DNA of 33,672 nucleotides from positions 1 to 33,672 of the forward strand of contig CAYHDN010000001.1 in assembly GCA_964355425.1 (NCBI GenBank), given 5' to 3'. The DNA comes from an uncultured Candidatus Saccharibacteria bacterium. Its GTDB lineage: Bacteria > Patescibacteriota > UBA1384 > XYA2-FULL-43-10 > CAINNR01. Under the pieces are notes generated by a model, which was not told the DNA's origin, did no database searches, and saw only the letters and a list, made by a program, of their open reading frames with translations. The translations under genes were made by a program, and so were the position numbers. Of the stretch, positions 15,518-24,255 are shown piece after piece (the stretch's first letter is position 1; the number at the start of each line of letters is the position of its first letter).

Positions 15518-16207
15518 AACAAAATCGTTAAGGCTCTAACTATTCCATTGATACTTTTGGCGACGTTGGTAATATTTTTAGTCATCGCTTCGATATTTTT
15601 TCCGACCCCGGACATGCTTCTCGAGGTACTAAAAAAATATTTTGCGCTTTATGGCTATCCGGTCTTGGTTATTTCGGCAATAATTGAGTCAATCCCCGTT
15701 ATCAATATTTACTTTCCCGGATCATCAATAATTCTTCTCGCGGCAGCTTTCTCGCGCCAAGGATCGCTCAATATCTACGCAGTCATCTTTCTCACCGCTC
15801 TATCATTTTGCATTACATATGTATTTAACTACTGGATTGGCTACAAAGGTTGGCACAAGTTATTTGATAAGTTCGGCATGCACGACGCACTGGAAAAAAC
15901 TAAAAATCAGGTAGAAAAACATGGCTCTTGGTGGATTTGGATTTCTTACACTCACCCGAATCTCGGAGCCTTAACCTCAACCGCTTTCGGAATTTTGAAG
16001 CTGCCATTTCCGTCTTTTCTAATTCAATCAATTTTTGCCAATTTCGTTTGGACCTTTTTTTGGGGATTTCTAATGTACTTTGCTTCCGACCGATTGATAA
16101 CAATTCTCACTGCTCGCTGGCTAGTGATCGCTGCCCTGATTTTATTCGTCGGAATTAAAATAATTGTCGAATTAAAAAAGAGCAAAAAAGATGAAAAAAG
16201 TTCTTAG
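15515..16207 (+). CDS. DedA/VTT-domain family membrane protein
   Basis: LKKYFALYGYPVLVISAIIESIPVINIYFPGSSIILLAAAF plus multiple TM helices is typical of DedA. No SD: TACAAT (15503-15508) lies 6 nt before the ATG. The 3' end overlaps the next gene by 17 nt. Confidence 0.85.
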   Translation: MNKIVKALTIPLILLATLVIFLVIASIFFPTPDMLLEVLKKYFALYGYPVLVISAIIESIPVINIYFPGSSIILLAAAFSRQGSLNIYAVIFLTALSFCITYVFNYWIGYKGWHKLFDKFGMHDALEKTKNQVEKHGSWWIWISYTHPNLGALTSTAFGILKLPFPSFLIQSIFANFVWTFFWGFLMYFASDRLITILTARWLVIAALILFVGIKIIVELKKSKKDEKSS

Positions 16208-17921
16208 TGTTGTAATTATTCTTATAATTGTGGGACTCTTCGGGTATTTTCTTTTTCAAGATCATCAGAGGGCCACTACTTACACCCCAACCCAGCCGAT
16301 TTCCGGGGATAATATTACCTCGATAATTGTTCCGCATTTCAATACCTTTGCCGACAAGCGTCTTGAATTGCTTTCGAATATTTGGACCCAGTATTCGGCC
16401 GAAAATATTATTCTGGTTTCGGTTGACCATTTCAATTCCGGTAGCACGAATATTACGACGACCGACAAAGATTGGACGACTTCCGAGGGAAAATTGACTG
16501 CCAACAAAGATTTAGTACGAAAATTAGCAGATTCGGGTATTGCAACCTCCGATGAATCGGCCTTCGCCAAAGAACATGGCATCTCGAACATTGTCCCCGA
16601 TATTTTGAAATCAAAAATTGGCGGTTCGGTAACGCCGATCATTATTAAAGATACAACTCCGCGTGCCGATGTTGATAAATTGGCCGATTGGATTTCTGCC
16701 AATGCTCATGGCGCCTATTTAATCGCTTCGGTTGATTTTTCTCACTATCAGCCAAATGCCTTGGCTAAAGTCCACGACCAATTTTCAATTCAGGCTTTGG
16801 AAAATAATGACCCTGACAAAATTTGGGCAGCGGAATCCGATTCGCCACAGACTTTGTATTTGGCCCAGAAAGTTGCAGCAAAAAATTCGGCCACGAACTT
16901 TAATCTCTTCTATAATAGTAACTCCGGAGAGTTGAATAAAAATGATGATGCAGAAACCACCAGTGTAGTTTTGGGCTATTACTCTAACAAGGGGTTGGAG
17001 AATCCGCCAGCCGGCGGAGAGCCGTCAACTTCGTTTGTTATAGCCGGCGATGCAATGTTCGACCGCAATGTTTGGCAAACTTTTAAGTCGAGCGGTCTTG
17101 AACATATATTTGATAATTTTGGTACGCGGGTTTTCCGCGGCACTGACTTGGCAATGATAAATTTGGAGGGTCCGGTTTCAGAAAAAACTATCCCCGGAAT
17201 TCAAACTGGGGGGATGAGTTTTAATTTTCAGCCGGAAGTGCCAGGGGTTCTAAAATATCTCAACATTAACTCGGTATCACTGGCCAATAACCATACCAAC
17301 AATGCCGGCACGAGTGGCTTTGCATCAACAAAAAAAATGCTCGATAAATCATCTATCAAATATTTTGGCCAGCCCAGCGGTTTTTCGGAAGCGTCAGTTC
17401 TGCGGGTCGAAGGTGGGATACCAGTATCAATTATTGGGATTATGGCGCTTGATGATTTTGACGAATCAGCGATAGAGACAAAAATAAAATCGGAAAAATC
17501 AGCCGGCCGCGCGGTTATTATCTTTCCTCATTGGGGAACCGAGTATGCGCCAAAGCATTCAACATCGCAAAAAAATATGGCAAAAAGTTGGATAGCCGCC
17601 GGTGCAGACTTAATAATCGGTTCTCATCCGCATGTAACAGAGGATTTTGAAATAGTTGATGGTAAACCGGTAGTTTATTCGCTCGGCAATTTTGTTTTTG
17701 ATCAGTTTTTCTCGGAAGAAACCCAACAGGGGCTAATACTTGCCGGCACCGTCACAAAAGAAAAAATTACCTTAACATTTTTGCCAACGAAAGAAATTAA
17801 GGTCAAACCGCAACTAATGCGCGGTTCGGAGAAAATTAATAAGATAAAAACAATATTAGATATAAATTCAGAACAAGGTTTCAAAAAGATCTCAAGCGAC
17901 ACAATAGAAATCAGCCGATAA
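16191..17921 (+). CDS. fusion protein: N-terminal Memo-like (AmmeMemoRadiSam B-type) domain plus C-terminal CapA/PgsA-type metallophosphatase domain
   Basis: N-terminal TM; IIVPHFNTF...VSVDHFN...LIASVDFSHYQP resembles Memo-family motifs. The C-terminal half FVIAGDAMFDRNV...NLEGPV...LANNHTNNAG...FPHWGTEYAPKH...GSHPHVTEDFE...YSLGNFVFDQ is CapA-like. Confidence 0.8.
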   Translation: MKKVLSVVIILIIVGLFGYFLFQDHQRATTYTPTQPISGDNITSIIVPHFNTFADKRLELLSNIWTQYSAENIILVSVDHFNSGSTNITTTDKDWTTSEGKLTANKDLVRKLADSGIATSDESAFAKEHGISNIVPDILKSKIGGSVTPIIIKDTTPRADVDKLADWISANAHGAYLIASVDFSHYQPNALAKVHDQFSIQALENNDPDKIWAAESDSPQTLYLAQKVAAKNSATNFNLFYNSNSGELNKNDDAETTSVVLGYYSNKGLENPPAGGEPSTSFVIAGDAMFDRNVWQTFKSSGLEHIFDNFGTRVFRGTDLAMINLEGPVSEKTIPGIQTGGMSFNFQPEVPGVLKYLNINSVSLANNHTNNAGTSGFASTKKMLDKSSIKYFGQPSGFSEASVLRVEGGIPVSIIGIMALDDFDESAIETKIKSEKSAGRAVIIFPHWGTEYAPKHSTSQKNMAKSWIAAGADLIIGSHPHVTEDFEIVDGKPVVYSLGNFVFDQFFSEETQQGLILAGTVTKEKITLTFLPTKEIKVKPQLMRGSEKINKIKTILDINSEQGFKKISSDTIEISR

Positions 17922-17925
17922 GGCT

Positions 17926-17953
17926 TTACATTTGAACTCTTTTTTGCTATAAT
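17926..17953 (+). promoter_or_regulatory. sigma70-like promoter (extended -10) of the 172-aa membrane ORF
   Basis: TTTACA-16 nt-TATAAT preceded by TGc. Confidence 0.5.
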
Positions 17954-17996
17954 TTTATGCATCTGTTAGTTGTTCACATTCAGGAGGTGTTCGCGC

Positions 17997-18515
17997 ATGC
18001 GGACCTTAGTTGCCGTGGCTCTGATTTGTCTGTGTCTTACGCCGGCGTTCTGCCAAGACAAACCGGCGCCGCCGGTCTGTCCCCCGGAGCAGACCGCGAC
18101 GGCCAGCCAGTACGATGTCAATGTCGGCGTCAGCGACCAGACCTTCCAAGCGATGACCAAGTCGGTCGACGCCATGGCAGGCCTGATCAGCAGGTATGTC
18201 TCGGGCCCGCTGGCGGTCTATTACGCCAGTATGGTGAAGCGCCAAGCTGCTCTTGGCTGGACAGGCGTCGGTTTCTGTGGAGTGTCGCTGATCTTTCTCT
18301 GCGTCTGCATCGGCCTAATCCGGCTGACTTGCGGCGCTGATGGAAACACGGAGCCCGGCGTATTGGGCGTCTTCTGGATCATCATGGGGGTCGTCAGTCT
18401 GATCTGTTTCCTGATCGCTCTCGGCTACCTGCCGGTGTCAATTTCGCGCATTGCTGCGCCGGAGTCCTTCGCCATCCAGGACATCATCAAGTCGTTGGGG
18501 GCGATGAAACCGTAG
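17997..18515 (+). CDS. hypothetical secreted/membrane protein (172 aa; signal-peptide-like N-terminus, 2 C-terminal TM)
   Basis: ATG 17997 follows the leader GGAGGTGTTCGCG. Product starts MRTLVAVALICLCLTPAFCQD. Promoter is TTTACA-16-TGcTATAAT, and terminator 18550-18580 follows. GC-rich. Confidence 0.5.
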   Translation: MRTLVAVALICLCLTPAFCQDKPAPPVCPPEQTATASQYDVNVGVSDQTFQAMTKSVDAMAGLISRYVSGPLAVYYASMVKRQAALGWTGVGFCGVSLIFLCVCIGLIRLTCGADGNTEPGVLGVFWIIMGVVSLICFLIALGYLPVSISRIAAPESFAIQDIIKSLGAMKP

Positions 18516-18549
18516 CTGCCCAGCTAGGCTCCATCGCCAGGCTGCATAG

Positions 18550-18580
18550 CCCGGACCACTATTGGCCCGGGACTTTTTTT
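18550..18580 (+). terminator. intrinsic terminator of the 172-aa membrane ORF
   Basis: CCCGGACC/GGCCCGGG imperfect stem followed by ACTTTTTTT. Confidence 0.6.
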
Positions 18581-18705
18581 GTCCCCAAAAAAGGTTTATG
18601 ATTAGAATAAATAAATGTCGTCTCCAGTTTAATTGGGGATTTGCAACGCTAATAGTAGATTCCCGACTTCTCGGGAATGACAAAAAGAATTAACAGGAGG
18701 GAATT

Positions 18706-20433
18706 ATGGTTGAGGAAGAAAAAGCTGAAGAAAATAAGCCGGCGGAAGAACATATCGTTCTGCCGACCAGGAAGAAAAAGAATTTGACCTGGCTTTGGAT
18801 TGTAATTACGGCAGTCGTAGTTGGCGGTGGTGTTACCGTTTTTGCTTATCGCGGAGCTATTAAAGACAAAATTTGGCCGAAAAAAACCGACACGGCGTCG
18901 TCAACTACTGACAGCGCAACAACTACAGCGCCAACTTCGTCAAGTATTAAAATTGTTGATGAAGGCATAACTTGGATTACGCCACGGGAAAAGCTAGCCG
19001 ATTTAGGATTGTTCAAAAAAGTAGCTGGCGCAGAGGATATTGGAGCTGGCTATACCGGCACTGACTATTATAAAGTTGCCACGACTTCGGACGGCGGTGA
19101 AATAATTTTAGCCATCGCTAAAGTTGAGGGCATGGGTACTTGGGATGATTTTCATCATTTTCTGAAAAAAGCTGGGGTATATTATTGGCTTTCAGAAAAC
19201 TCCGATCCGGTTGGCGGCGGTGAAGGTGTGACTGCTTATGCGCGAACAAATTCTGACACTAACGGCACTCTAGTAATCAAATCACTGCAGTTGGATAAAA
19301 CGTTAACAAAAGGTACGACTAAATCGACTCAAGATCCCAGTTCGTCCAGAAGTGATGCTTTTGTCCAAGCTGCTGCTTCGGGCACAAAAATTGAAGAAAC
19401 AAAATGGGGAGATCTATATATACAAAAAGGTACTGACATTGACAAATCAAACGGCGATGTCAAAGTGGCTCAATATTATATTTTGCGCAACGACGGAATT
19501 CGGATGATTTATCACCCCGAGGCGACATTTCGCAATGACGACGGAACGCTAAAGCTTACTTGGAGCAATGCCGTGGGTCAGGCCCAGAAGTTTTCACAAA
19601 TTAAGACTGCAGGCTGCGGTGGTGCCGGTGGATCGTTCCCACTTATAACCGACACAGAGTCGCTAAAAACCAAAACAGAGGTTGGGGCCAGTGGAGCAGC
19701 GAAGGTTTATACGGTTGCAACAACCTCGACTTTGGCCGAATTTGCTTATCAGGTTTATTTGATGGATGAAATGGGTTCTAAAGCTACAAAAGATGTGATG
19801 ATGAACGACTTGGGGTTGTTGGTTCTGCAAGATGGTTACGGAAACTGGGTTGCCTATACCAATGATAAGTATGCCCCGCAAGTTGAGTGCGGCAAACCGG
19901 TAATTTACCTTTATCCAACCAAAAATACAGAAGTTTCTGTTAAAGTTGGCGCCGATATTACAAAATCCGAGCCAACTTACGGTAAGGGTTGGAAAGTTTT
20001 GGCCACGCCTGCCGGTGCACTGAAAACAGCAGAAGGAATCAAAAGCTATCTTTACTGGGAAGGAAGGGGTTGGGGAAGCTATCCGGTGATAACAACCGGA
20101 ACCATTGTTGACAGGCCAGATGTTGCCGCAACTATTTCATCGCAGTTGGCATCTATGAATTTGAGCGCTCAGGAGATTGCTGATTTCAATGAATTCTGGC
20201 TACCGAAGATGCCACAAACTCCATACACCCGGCTAACTTGGCTAACGACTGACCAAATGAACACTTTAGCGCCATTGGCGGTCTCACCGAAGCCAGATAC
20301 AATGATTCGTGTTTTCCTGGATTTTGAGGGTTTACAATCAAAAATTTCTATCACGCCACAAATTTTGCCGAAATATGAACGTAAGGGCTTTACACTGGTT
20401 GAGTGGGGAGGACTGCTAACTACACAGAAATAA
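18706..20433 (+). CDS. hypothetical membrane-anchored extracellular protein (575 aa)
   Basis: AGGAGG SD and N-terminal TM (LTWLWIVITAVVVGGGVTVFAY), followed by a Ser/Thr-rich linker and a large soluble region. Backbone-like composition. No family recognised. Confidence 0.7.
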   Translation: MVEEEKAEENKPAEEHIVLPTRKKKNLTWLWIVITAVVVGGGVTVFAYRGAIKDKIWPKKTDTASSTTDSATTTAPTSSSIKIVDEGITWITPREKLADLGLFKKVAGAEDIGAGYTGTDYYKVATTSDGGEIILAIAKVEGMGTWDDFHHFLKKAGVYYWLSENSDPVGGGEGVTAYARTNSDTNGTLVIKSLQLDKTLTKGTTKSTQDPSSSRSDAFVQAAASGTKIEETKWGDLYIQKGTDIDKSNGDVKVAQYYILRNDGIRMIYHPEATFRNDDGTLKLTWSNAVGQAQKFSQIKTAGCGGAGGSFPLITDTESLKTKTEVGASGAAKVYTVATTSTLAEFAYQVYLMDEMGSKATKDVMMNDLGLLVLQDGYGNWVAYTNDKYAPQVECGKPVIYLYPTKNTEVSVKVGADITKSEPTYGKGWKVLATPAGALKTAEGIKSYLYWEGRGWGSYPVITTGTIVDRPDVAATISSQLASMNLSAQEIADFNEFWLPKMPQTPYTRLTWLTTDQMNTLAPLAVSPKPDTMIRVFLDFEGLQSKISITPQILPKYERKGFTLVEWGGLLTTQK

Positions 20434-20506
20434 ACACTGAATAAACACAGAAAAATCCATAATATAGAAAATCAGTCCTGGAGCAGTCCGGGGTTGATTT
20501 TTTTTG

Positions 20507-20534
20507 TTGCAAATTATTGTTTTTATGATATTCT
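20507..20534 (+). promoter_or_regulatory. sigma70-like promoter of the 67-aa ORF
   Basis: TTGCAA-16 nt-TATTCT preceded by TGa. Confidence 0.4.
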
Positions 20535-20557
20535 AGTAACCAAGAGAGGTGATACCA

Positions 20558-20761
20558 GTGACAGACGTCAGTCAGATAAAGCGACGCGCACTTGAGCTTG
20601 CACGCGAGGGTGTTCACGAGGTGCTTGCTGGTGGCAGGAGGAAAAGCGGTCAGCCAAGCGTCGGTGTCCGGAGGCTGATGGCTCCGTGTGCCGGCTTTGC
20701 CCCGAACATCTCACCTTCGGTCTATCGAAGCCGTCCTAAATCCAGTCAGCACAACGGCTGA
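20558..20761 (+). CDS. hypothetical small protein (67 aa)
   Basis: GTG 20558 has GAGAGGTGA upstream (ORF-track start 20549 sits inside the SD). Promoter is TTGCAA-16-TGaTATTCT, and a weak hairpin plus T8 terminator lies at 20775-20798. GC/Arg-rich. Confidence 0.35.
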   Translation: MTDVSQIKRRALELAREGVHEVLAGGRRKSGQPSVGVRRLMAPCAGFAPNISPSVYRSRPKSSQHNG

Positions 20762-20800
20762 CTCCGAGCCGTACCCGCTGTCACTGGCGGTTTTTTTTGT

Positions 20801-20829
20801 AAAAAAATGACGGTTCAGGTCGAACCGTC
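20801..20829 (-). terminator. intrinsic terminator of the 190-aa ORF
   Basis: GACGGTTC/GAACCGTC 8-bp stem, followed on the minus strand by ATTTTTTT. It lies back-to-back with the weaker plus-strand hairpin plus T8 at 20775-20798. Confidence 0.7.
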
Positions 20830-21401
20830 TAAGTGATGTCGACGGAGACAAAGAAATGGAATGTGATCAAACAGTTACCTCCCAGATTGTTACGCTGGCC
20901 GATGATCATTTGCATGTGATACCAGCGACCGTTGCTACTGACCTCTGCCAGACCTGAGTGGCGCGACCACTCCTTGCCACACCATTCTGCTCGGTGCTTG
21001 GTTTTGGCGCAGGCGACCACATCATGGATGGTTCTTAGCACTTCGTGCCCGTTGGCAGCTTGGAGTTCCTCTTGTGTCCAGCCTATTTCTCGTTGTTTAT
21101 AGACTGGCCAAAGAACGGATCCTAAGCCCCGGGGGTCTATTCTGTGCTGGATCGCTTCTATGTCTCGGCCGCTAGGTCGGACAATCGCTTCAATGGTGCA
21201 TGGGGTATCAACAGCACCAAGCAACGACTCGAAGGCTAACCGCCCGATTGGGCTCACGGGGCCGAATCTCTGAGTTGCCTCTTGCTTACGTGACCGCAGG
21301 TGTCCGTCTAGCGACTCTATTGGCCGGAACTTCGGCAAGTCAGGCTGCGCTGTTATGCGCGCCCAAATTGCTTTGAGGAAACATCCCGCGCGCTTAAACA
21401 T
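20829..21401 (-). CDS. hypothetical protein (190 aa)
   Basis: ATG 21401 has AAGGGGG upstream, and terminator 20801-20829 follows. GC/Arg-rich. No family recognised. Confidence 0.5.
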   Translation of the reverse strand: MFKRAGCFLKAIWARITAQPDLPKFRPIESLDGHLRSRKQEATQRFGPVSPIGRLAFESLLGAVDTPCTIEAIVRPSGRDIEAIQHRIDPRGLGSVLWPVYKQREIGWTQEELQAANGHEVLRTIHDVVACAKTKHRAEWCGKEWSRHSGLAEVSSNGRWYHMQMIIGQRNNLGGNCLITFHFFVSVDIT

Positions 21402-21506
21402 CGGCCTGACCCCCTTTGCTTTTGGGTTCGACTTATGTTATCACAATAATAAAATTGGAACAATAAAATAGCAGTAGTGGTCTTAAAAAGGTGTTATTAT
21501 AAGCCT

Positions 21507-22442
21507 ATGGAAAAACTAGTACTTATTGATGGCAATGCGATAATTCATCGGGCTTATCATGCTTTACCGAAGACGATGACGACAAGAGCTGGTGAGCCGA
21601 CTAATGCGGTTTATGGTTTTACGACGACACTAATTAAAGTTCTTGAAGATTTAAAGCCGGATTATCTGGCGACGTCTTTTGATTTAGCCGGCCCGACTTT
21701 TCGCCACGAGCATTACAAAGAATATAAAGCAACGCGAGTTAAGGCCGACCAGGAACTTTATGATCAAATCCCCAAAGTAAAACAAATTGTCGAAACAATG
21801 AATATTCCGATTTACGAGAAGGAAGGTTTCGAAGCCGATGACTGCATTGGTACAGTTGTCGAAAGACTCAAAAACTCTGACGTTGAAATATATATCGTTT
21901 CCGGCGACAAAGACATTTTCCAACTCATCAACGGCAAGGTTTTTGTTTATTCTCTGAGAAAAGGCTTATCGCAAATGCAAACGATTGGCCACGATAACAT
22001 TAAACTTGAATACAATCTTGATCCGGATGATTTTATTGATCTAAAAGCTCTGGCCGGCGATTCATCTGACAACATTCCAGGTGTTCCTGGAATCGGGGCG
22101 AAAACAGCCACAGATTTAATCCAAAAATTTGATACTTTGGAAAATCTATACGAAAATCTTGATTCGACCGAAATTAAGCCAAGAATAAAACAACTTCTGG
22201 AAACTCATAAGGACCAAGCTTTTATGTCGCAGAAGCTGGCGACGATTCACCGCGATGTCCCCATTAAATTCTCCCTTGAAGACTGCAGATGGGGCGAGTA
22301 TGATAAGGGCAAGTTGGCGGATTTGTTCGCCGAACTCGGTTTTAAATCGCTTCTGTATCGTTTTGGAATTATGGAAGTGCAGACAGGGAGAAAACCAACT
22401 GAGACGCAAGCAAAAAAAGATAAGCAATTAAAATTACTATGA
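21507..22442 (+). CDS. polA: 5'-3' exonuclease (FEN-like N-terminal domain of DNA polymerase I) as a separate ORF
   Basis: LVLIDGNAIIHRAYHALP...EADDCIGT...VSGDKDIFQL...LAGDSSDNIPGVPGIGAKTA (H3TH). ATG 21507 is preferred; TATTAT lies 6 nt upstream and there is no SD. The ORF ends with TGA at 22442. Confidence 0.9.
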   Translation: MEKLVLIDGNAIIHRAYHALPKTMTTRAGEPTNAVYGFTTTLIKVLEDLKPDYLATSFDLAGPTFRHEHYKEYKATRVKADQELYDQIPKVKQIVETMNIPIYEKEGFEADDCIGTVVERLKNSDVEIYIVSGDKDIFQLINGKVFVYSLRKGLSQMQTIGHDNIKLEYNLDPDDFIDLKALAGDSSDNIPGVPGIGAKTATDLIQKFDTLENLYENLDSTEIKPRIKQLLETHKDQAFMSQKLATIHRDVPIKFSLEDCRWGEYDKGKLADLFAELGFKSLLYRFGIMEVQTGRKPTETQAKKDKQLKLL

Positions 22443-22454
22443 AAGAAATTATTT

Positions 22455-22492
22455 GGTTAATAAAGTCGAAAGTCCATAAAGTCCATAAAGTT
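22455..22492. repeat. AAAGTCCATAAAGT word spacer separating the two polA ORFs
   Basis: TAAAGTCGAAAGTCCATAAAGTCCATAAAGTT, with tandem 10-11-nt units. Confidence 0.7.
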
Positions 22493-22494
22493 AA

Positions 22495-23775
22495 ATGAAA
22501 AATATTTTAGCCAAAGCGGAAAGATTAGGATGCATTATCCCACACAAAAAGTGGAGTGATATTGATCGTCAGCTCAAGCCGGTTTTACGGAAGATGGAAA
22601 AAACCGGCATTAAATTAGACGTCGCTAGTTTAGGTAAGCTATCCAAAAGGTTAACAACAAAGGCCAATAAACTAGAATCTGAAATTCAAAAATTGGCTGG
22701 CAAAAAGTTTAATGTTTCATCACCATCGCAACTAGCGGATATTTTGTTCAAGAAATTAAAATTACCTGTAGATGATATTAAACGTAATAAATCCGGAATT
22801 TCAACCGGAGCTTCGGAACTTTTAAAACTGCGTAAAGAACACAAAATAGTTGATAAAATTCTTGAATACCGCGAACTTTCAAAACTGCTTTCGACCTATC
22901 TGGCGCCACTGCCGAAATTGGTTGACAAAAACTCGCGCCTGCACACTCATTTTGGCGAAGATACGCGGACGGGACGGCTTAATTCATCAAACCCTAATCT
23001 GCAAAATATTCCGATTCGCGGAGAATTTGGGCCAGAAATTCGCAAAGCTTTTATCGCCGAGAAAGGCAATAAATTGATCTCTGCCGATTATTCTCAAATT
23101 GAGCTTCGTGTTGTTGCTTGCCTGGCGCAGGATAAAGTGATGTTGAAAGCCTTTCACGACGGCATTGATATCCATGCCAAAACCGCTTCGGAAATTTTTG
23201 ACACTCCGGTCGGAAAAATTACTCACGATCAGCGGCGGGTGGCAAAAACAGTCAATTTTGGTGTTTTGTATGGCATTAGCCCCTACGGCCTGTCGCAAAC
23301 ACTCGGAATAAAACAGGAAGAAGCGGCAAAATATATTATGCAGTATTTCAAAATCCACTACGGCATTAAGAAATATTGTGAAGATCAAATTGCGCTAGCA
23401 AAAAAACACGGCTATGTTGAAACCTTATTTGGCTTTCGGCGGGAACTGCCAGATATTAAGTCGGAAAACCGTAATATTTATGAAGCAGCCCAGCGGATGG
23501 CAATTAATACTCCTGTTCAGGGAACTGCGGCAGAGGTTTTGAAACTGGCGATGATTGAATTACATAAAAAGTTATCAAAGAAATCGGCCAACTTAATTCT
23601 GACGGTCCACGATGAATTGGTTGTAGAGGTTCCGGAGAAAGAGGCGATTGCCACAGCTAAACTTATGAGAGATATTATGGAGGGGGAAGTAAAGTTGTCG
23701 GTTCCTGTTGAAGTTGAGGTTGGTATCGGCAATAATTGGGACGAAGCAAAACATAATATTGTCAAAAAAAAGTGA
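22495..23775 (+). CDS. polA: DNA polymerase I polymerase (family A palm/fingers/thumb) domain as a separate ORF; no 3'-5' exonuclease domain
   Basis: Family A motifs LISADYSQIELRVVA, RRVAKTVNFGVLYGISPYGL and LTVHDELVVEV. The ORF begins at the start of the polymerase domain (VLRKMEKTGIKLD). Confidence 0.9.
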   Translation: MKNILAKAERLGCIIPHKKWSDIDRQLKPVLRKMEKTGIKLDVASLGKLSKRLTTKANKLESEIQKLAGKKFNVSSPSQLADILFKKLKLPVDDIKRNKSGISTGASELLKLRKEHKIVDKILEYRELSKLLSTYLAPLPKLVDKNSRLHTHFGEDTRTGRLNSSNPNLQNIPIRGEFGPEIRKAFIAEKGNKLISADYSQIELRVVACLAQDKVMLKAFHDGIDIHAKTASEIFDTPVGKITHDQRRVAKTVNFGVLYGISPYGLSQTLGIKQEEAAKYIMQYFKIHYGIKKYCEDQIALAKKHGYVETLFGFRRELPDIKSENRNIYEAAQRMAINTPVQGTAAEVLKLAMIELHKKLSKKSANLILTVHDELVVEVPEKEAIATAKLMRDIMEGEVKLSVPVEVEVGIGNNWDEAKHNIVKKK

Positions 23776-23789
23776 CCCCCTGGGGGGTC
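23764..23789 (-). terminator. intrinsic terminator of the 124-aa ORF, overlapping the polA stop codon
   Basis: GACCCC/GGGGTC stem. Its minus-strand T8 tract is the complement of the AAAAAAAA that encodes the last Lys codons of polA. Confidence 0.65.
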
Positions 23790-23823
23790 GTCGGTCGTGA
23801 GGTTCGTGAGCCGCGAGTGGCGG

Positions 23824-24198
23824 CTAGAAGTCGTCGAGGTCAGACAATGGCCGGCACAGCCGCTGGATGTCGCGCATCGGGTCGGAACCGTAGCGCTGGC
23901 GGGAGATCGCAAGTCCGACAGTCATCACGTCAGCTTCGCTGATCGCCCTGAGGGCGAAGTCGAGGTTCTGTTCGTGGGTCCGGCGATGGTGATCAAGCCA
24001 CGCCGTCAGCACGCCGATGGACAGGATACCATCAATGACTCGTGGATCGCCGAGAAACTCGTTGGGGACCCGGACAAACAGCAGTGGGTTGTGTGTGATG
24101 AGCGGGTGGCTCATCAAGCTCTCTCGGACAGAGGGATCAGGAATCGGTCCGTGGAGCATTGACCGGACAACCTGTTCAGCTGGAACTATCTGTATCAT
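23824..24198 (-). CDS. hypothetical protein (124 aa)
   Basis: ATG 24198 has GGAGG 6 nt upstream, with promoter TTGAAT-17-TAAATT and terminator 23764-23789. GC/Arg-rich. The ORF-track start at 24255 is an unsupported extension. Confidence 0.5.
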   Translation of the reverse strand: MIQIVPAEQVVRSMLHGPIPDPSVRESLMSHPLITHNPLLFVRVPNEFLGDPRVIDGILSIGVLTAWLDHHRRTHEQNLDFALRAISEADVMTVGLAISRQRYGSDPMRDIQRLCRPLSDLDDF

Positions 24199-24226
24199 GT
24201 GATGCCTCCAGATGTGGTTGATAAAT

Positions 24227-24255
24227 AATTTATCAGATAACCAACAAATATTCAA
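24227..24255 (-). promoter_or_regulatory. sigma70-like promoter of the 124-aa ORF
   Basis: TTGAAT(24255-24250)-17 nt-TAAATT(24232-24227). The -35 box abuts the holA ATG at 24256. Confidence 0.4.

Noticed and set aside
17957-18340. A 127-aa ORF starts right after TATAAT (MHLLVVHIQEVF...), in a different frame from the 172-aa membrane ORF.
   Set aside because: Its product is Arg/Pro/Gly-rich low-complexity, typical of an off-frame read of GC-rich coding DNA. The other frame has an SD-ATG, a signal-like N-terminus and TM helices.
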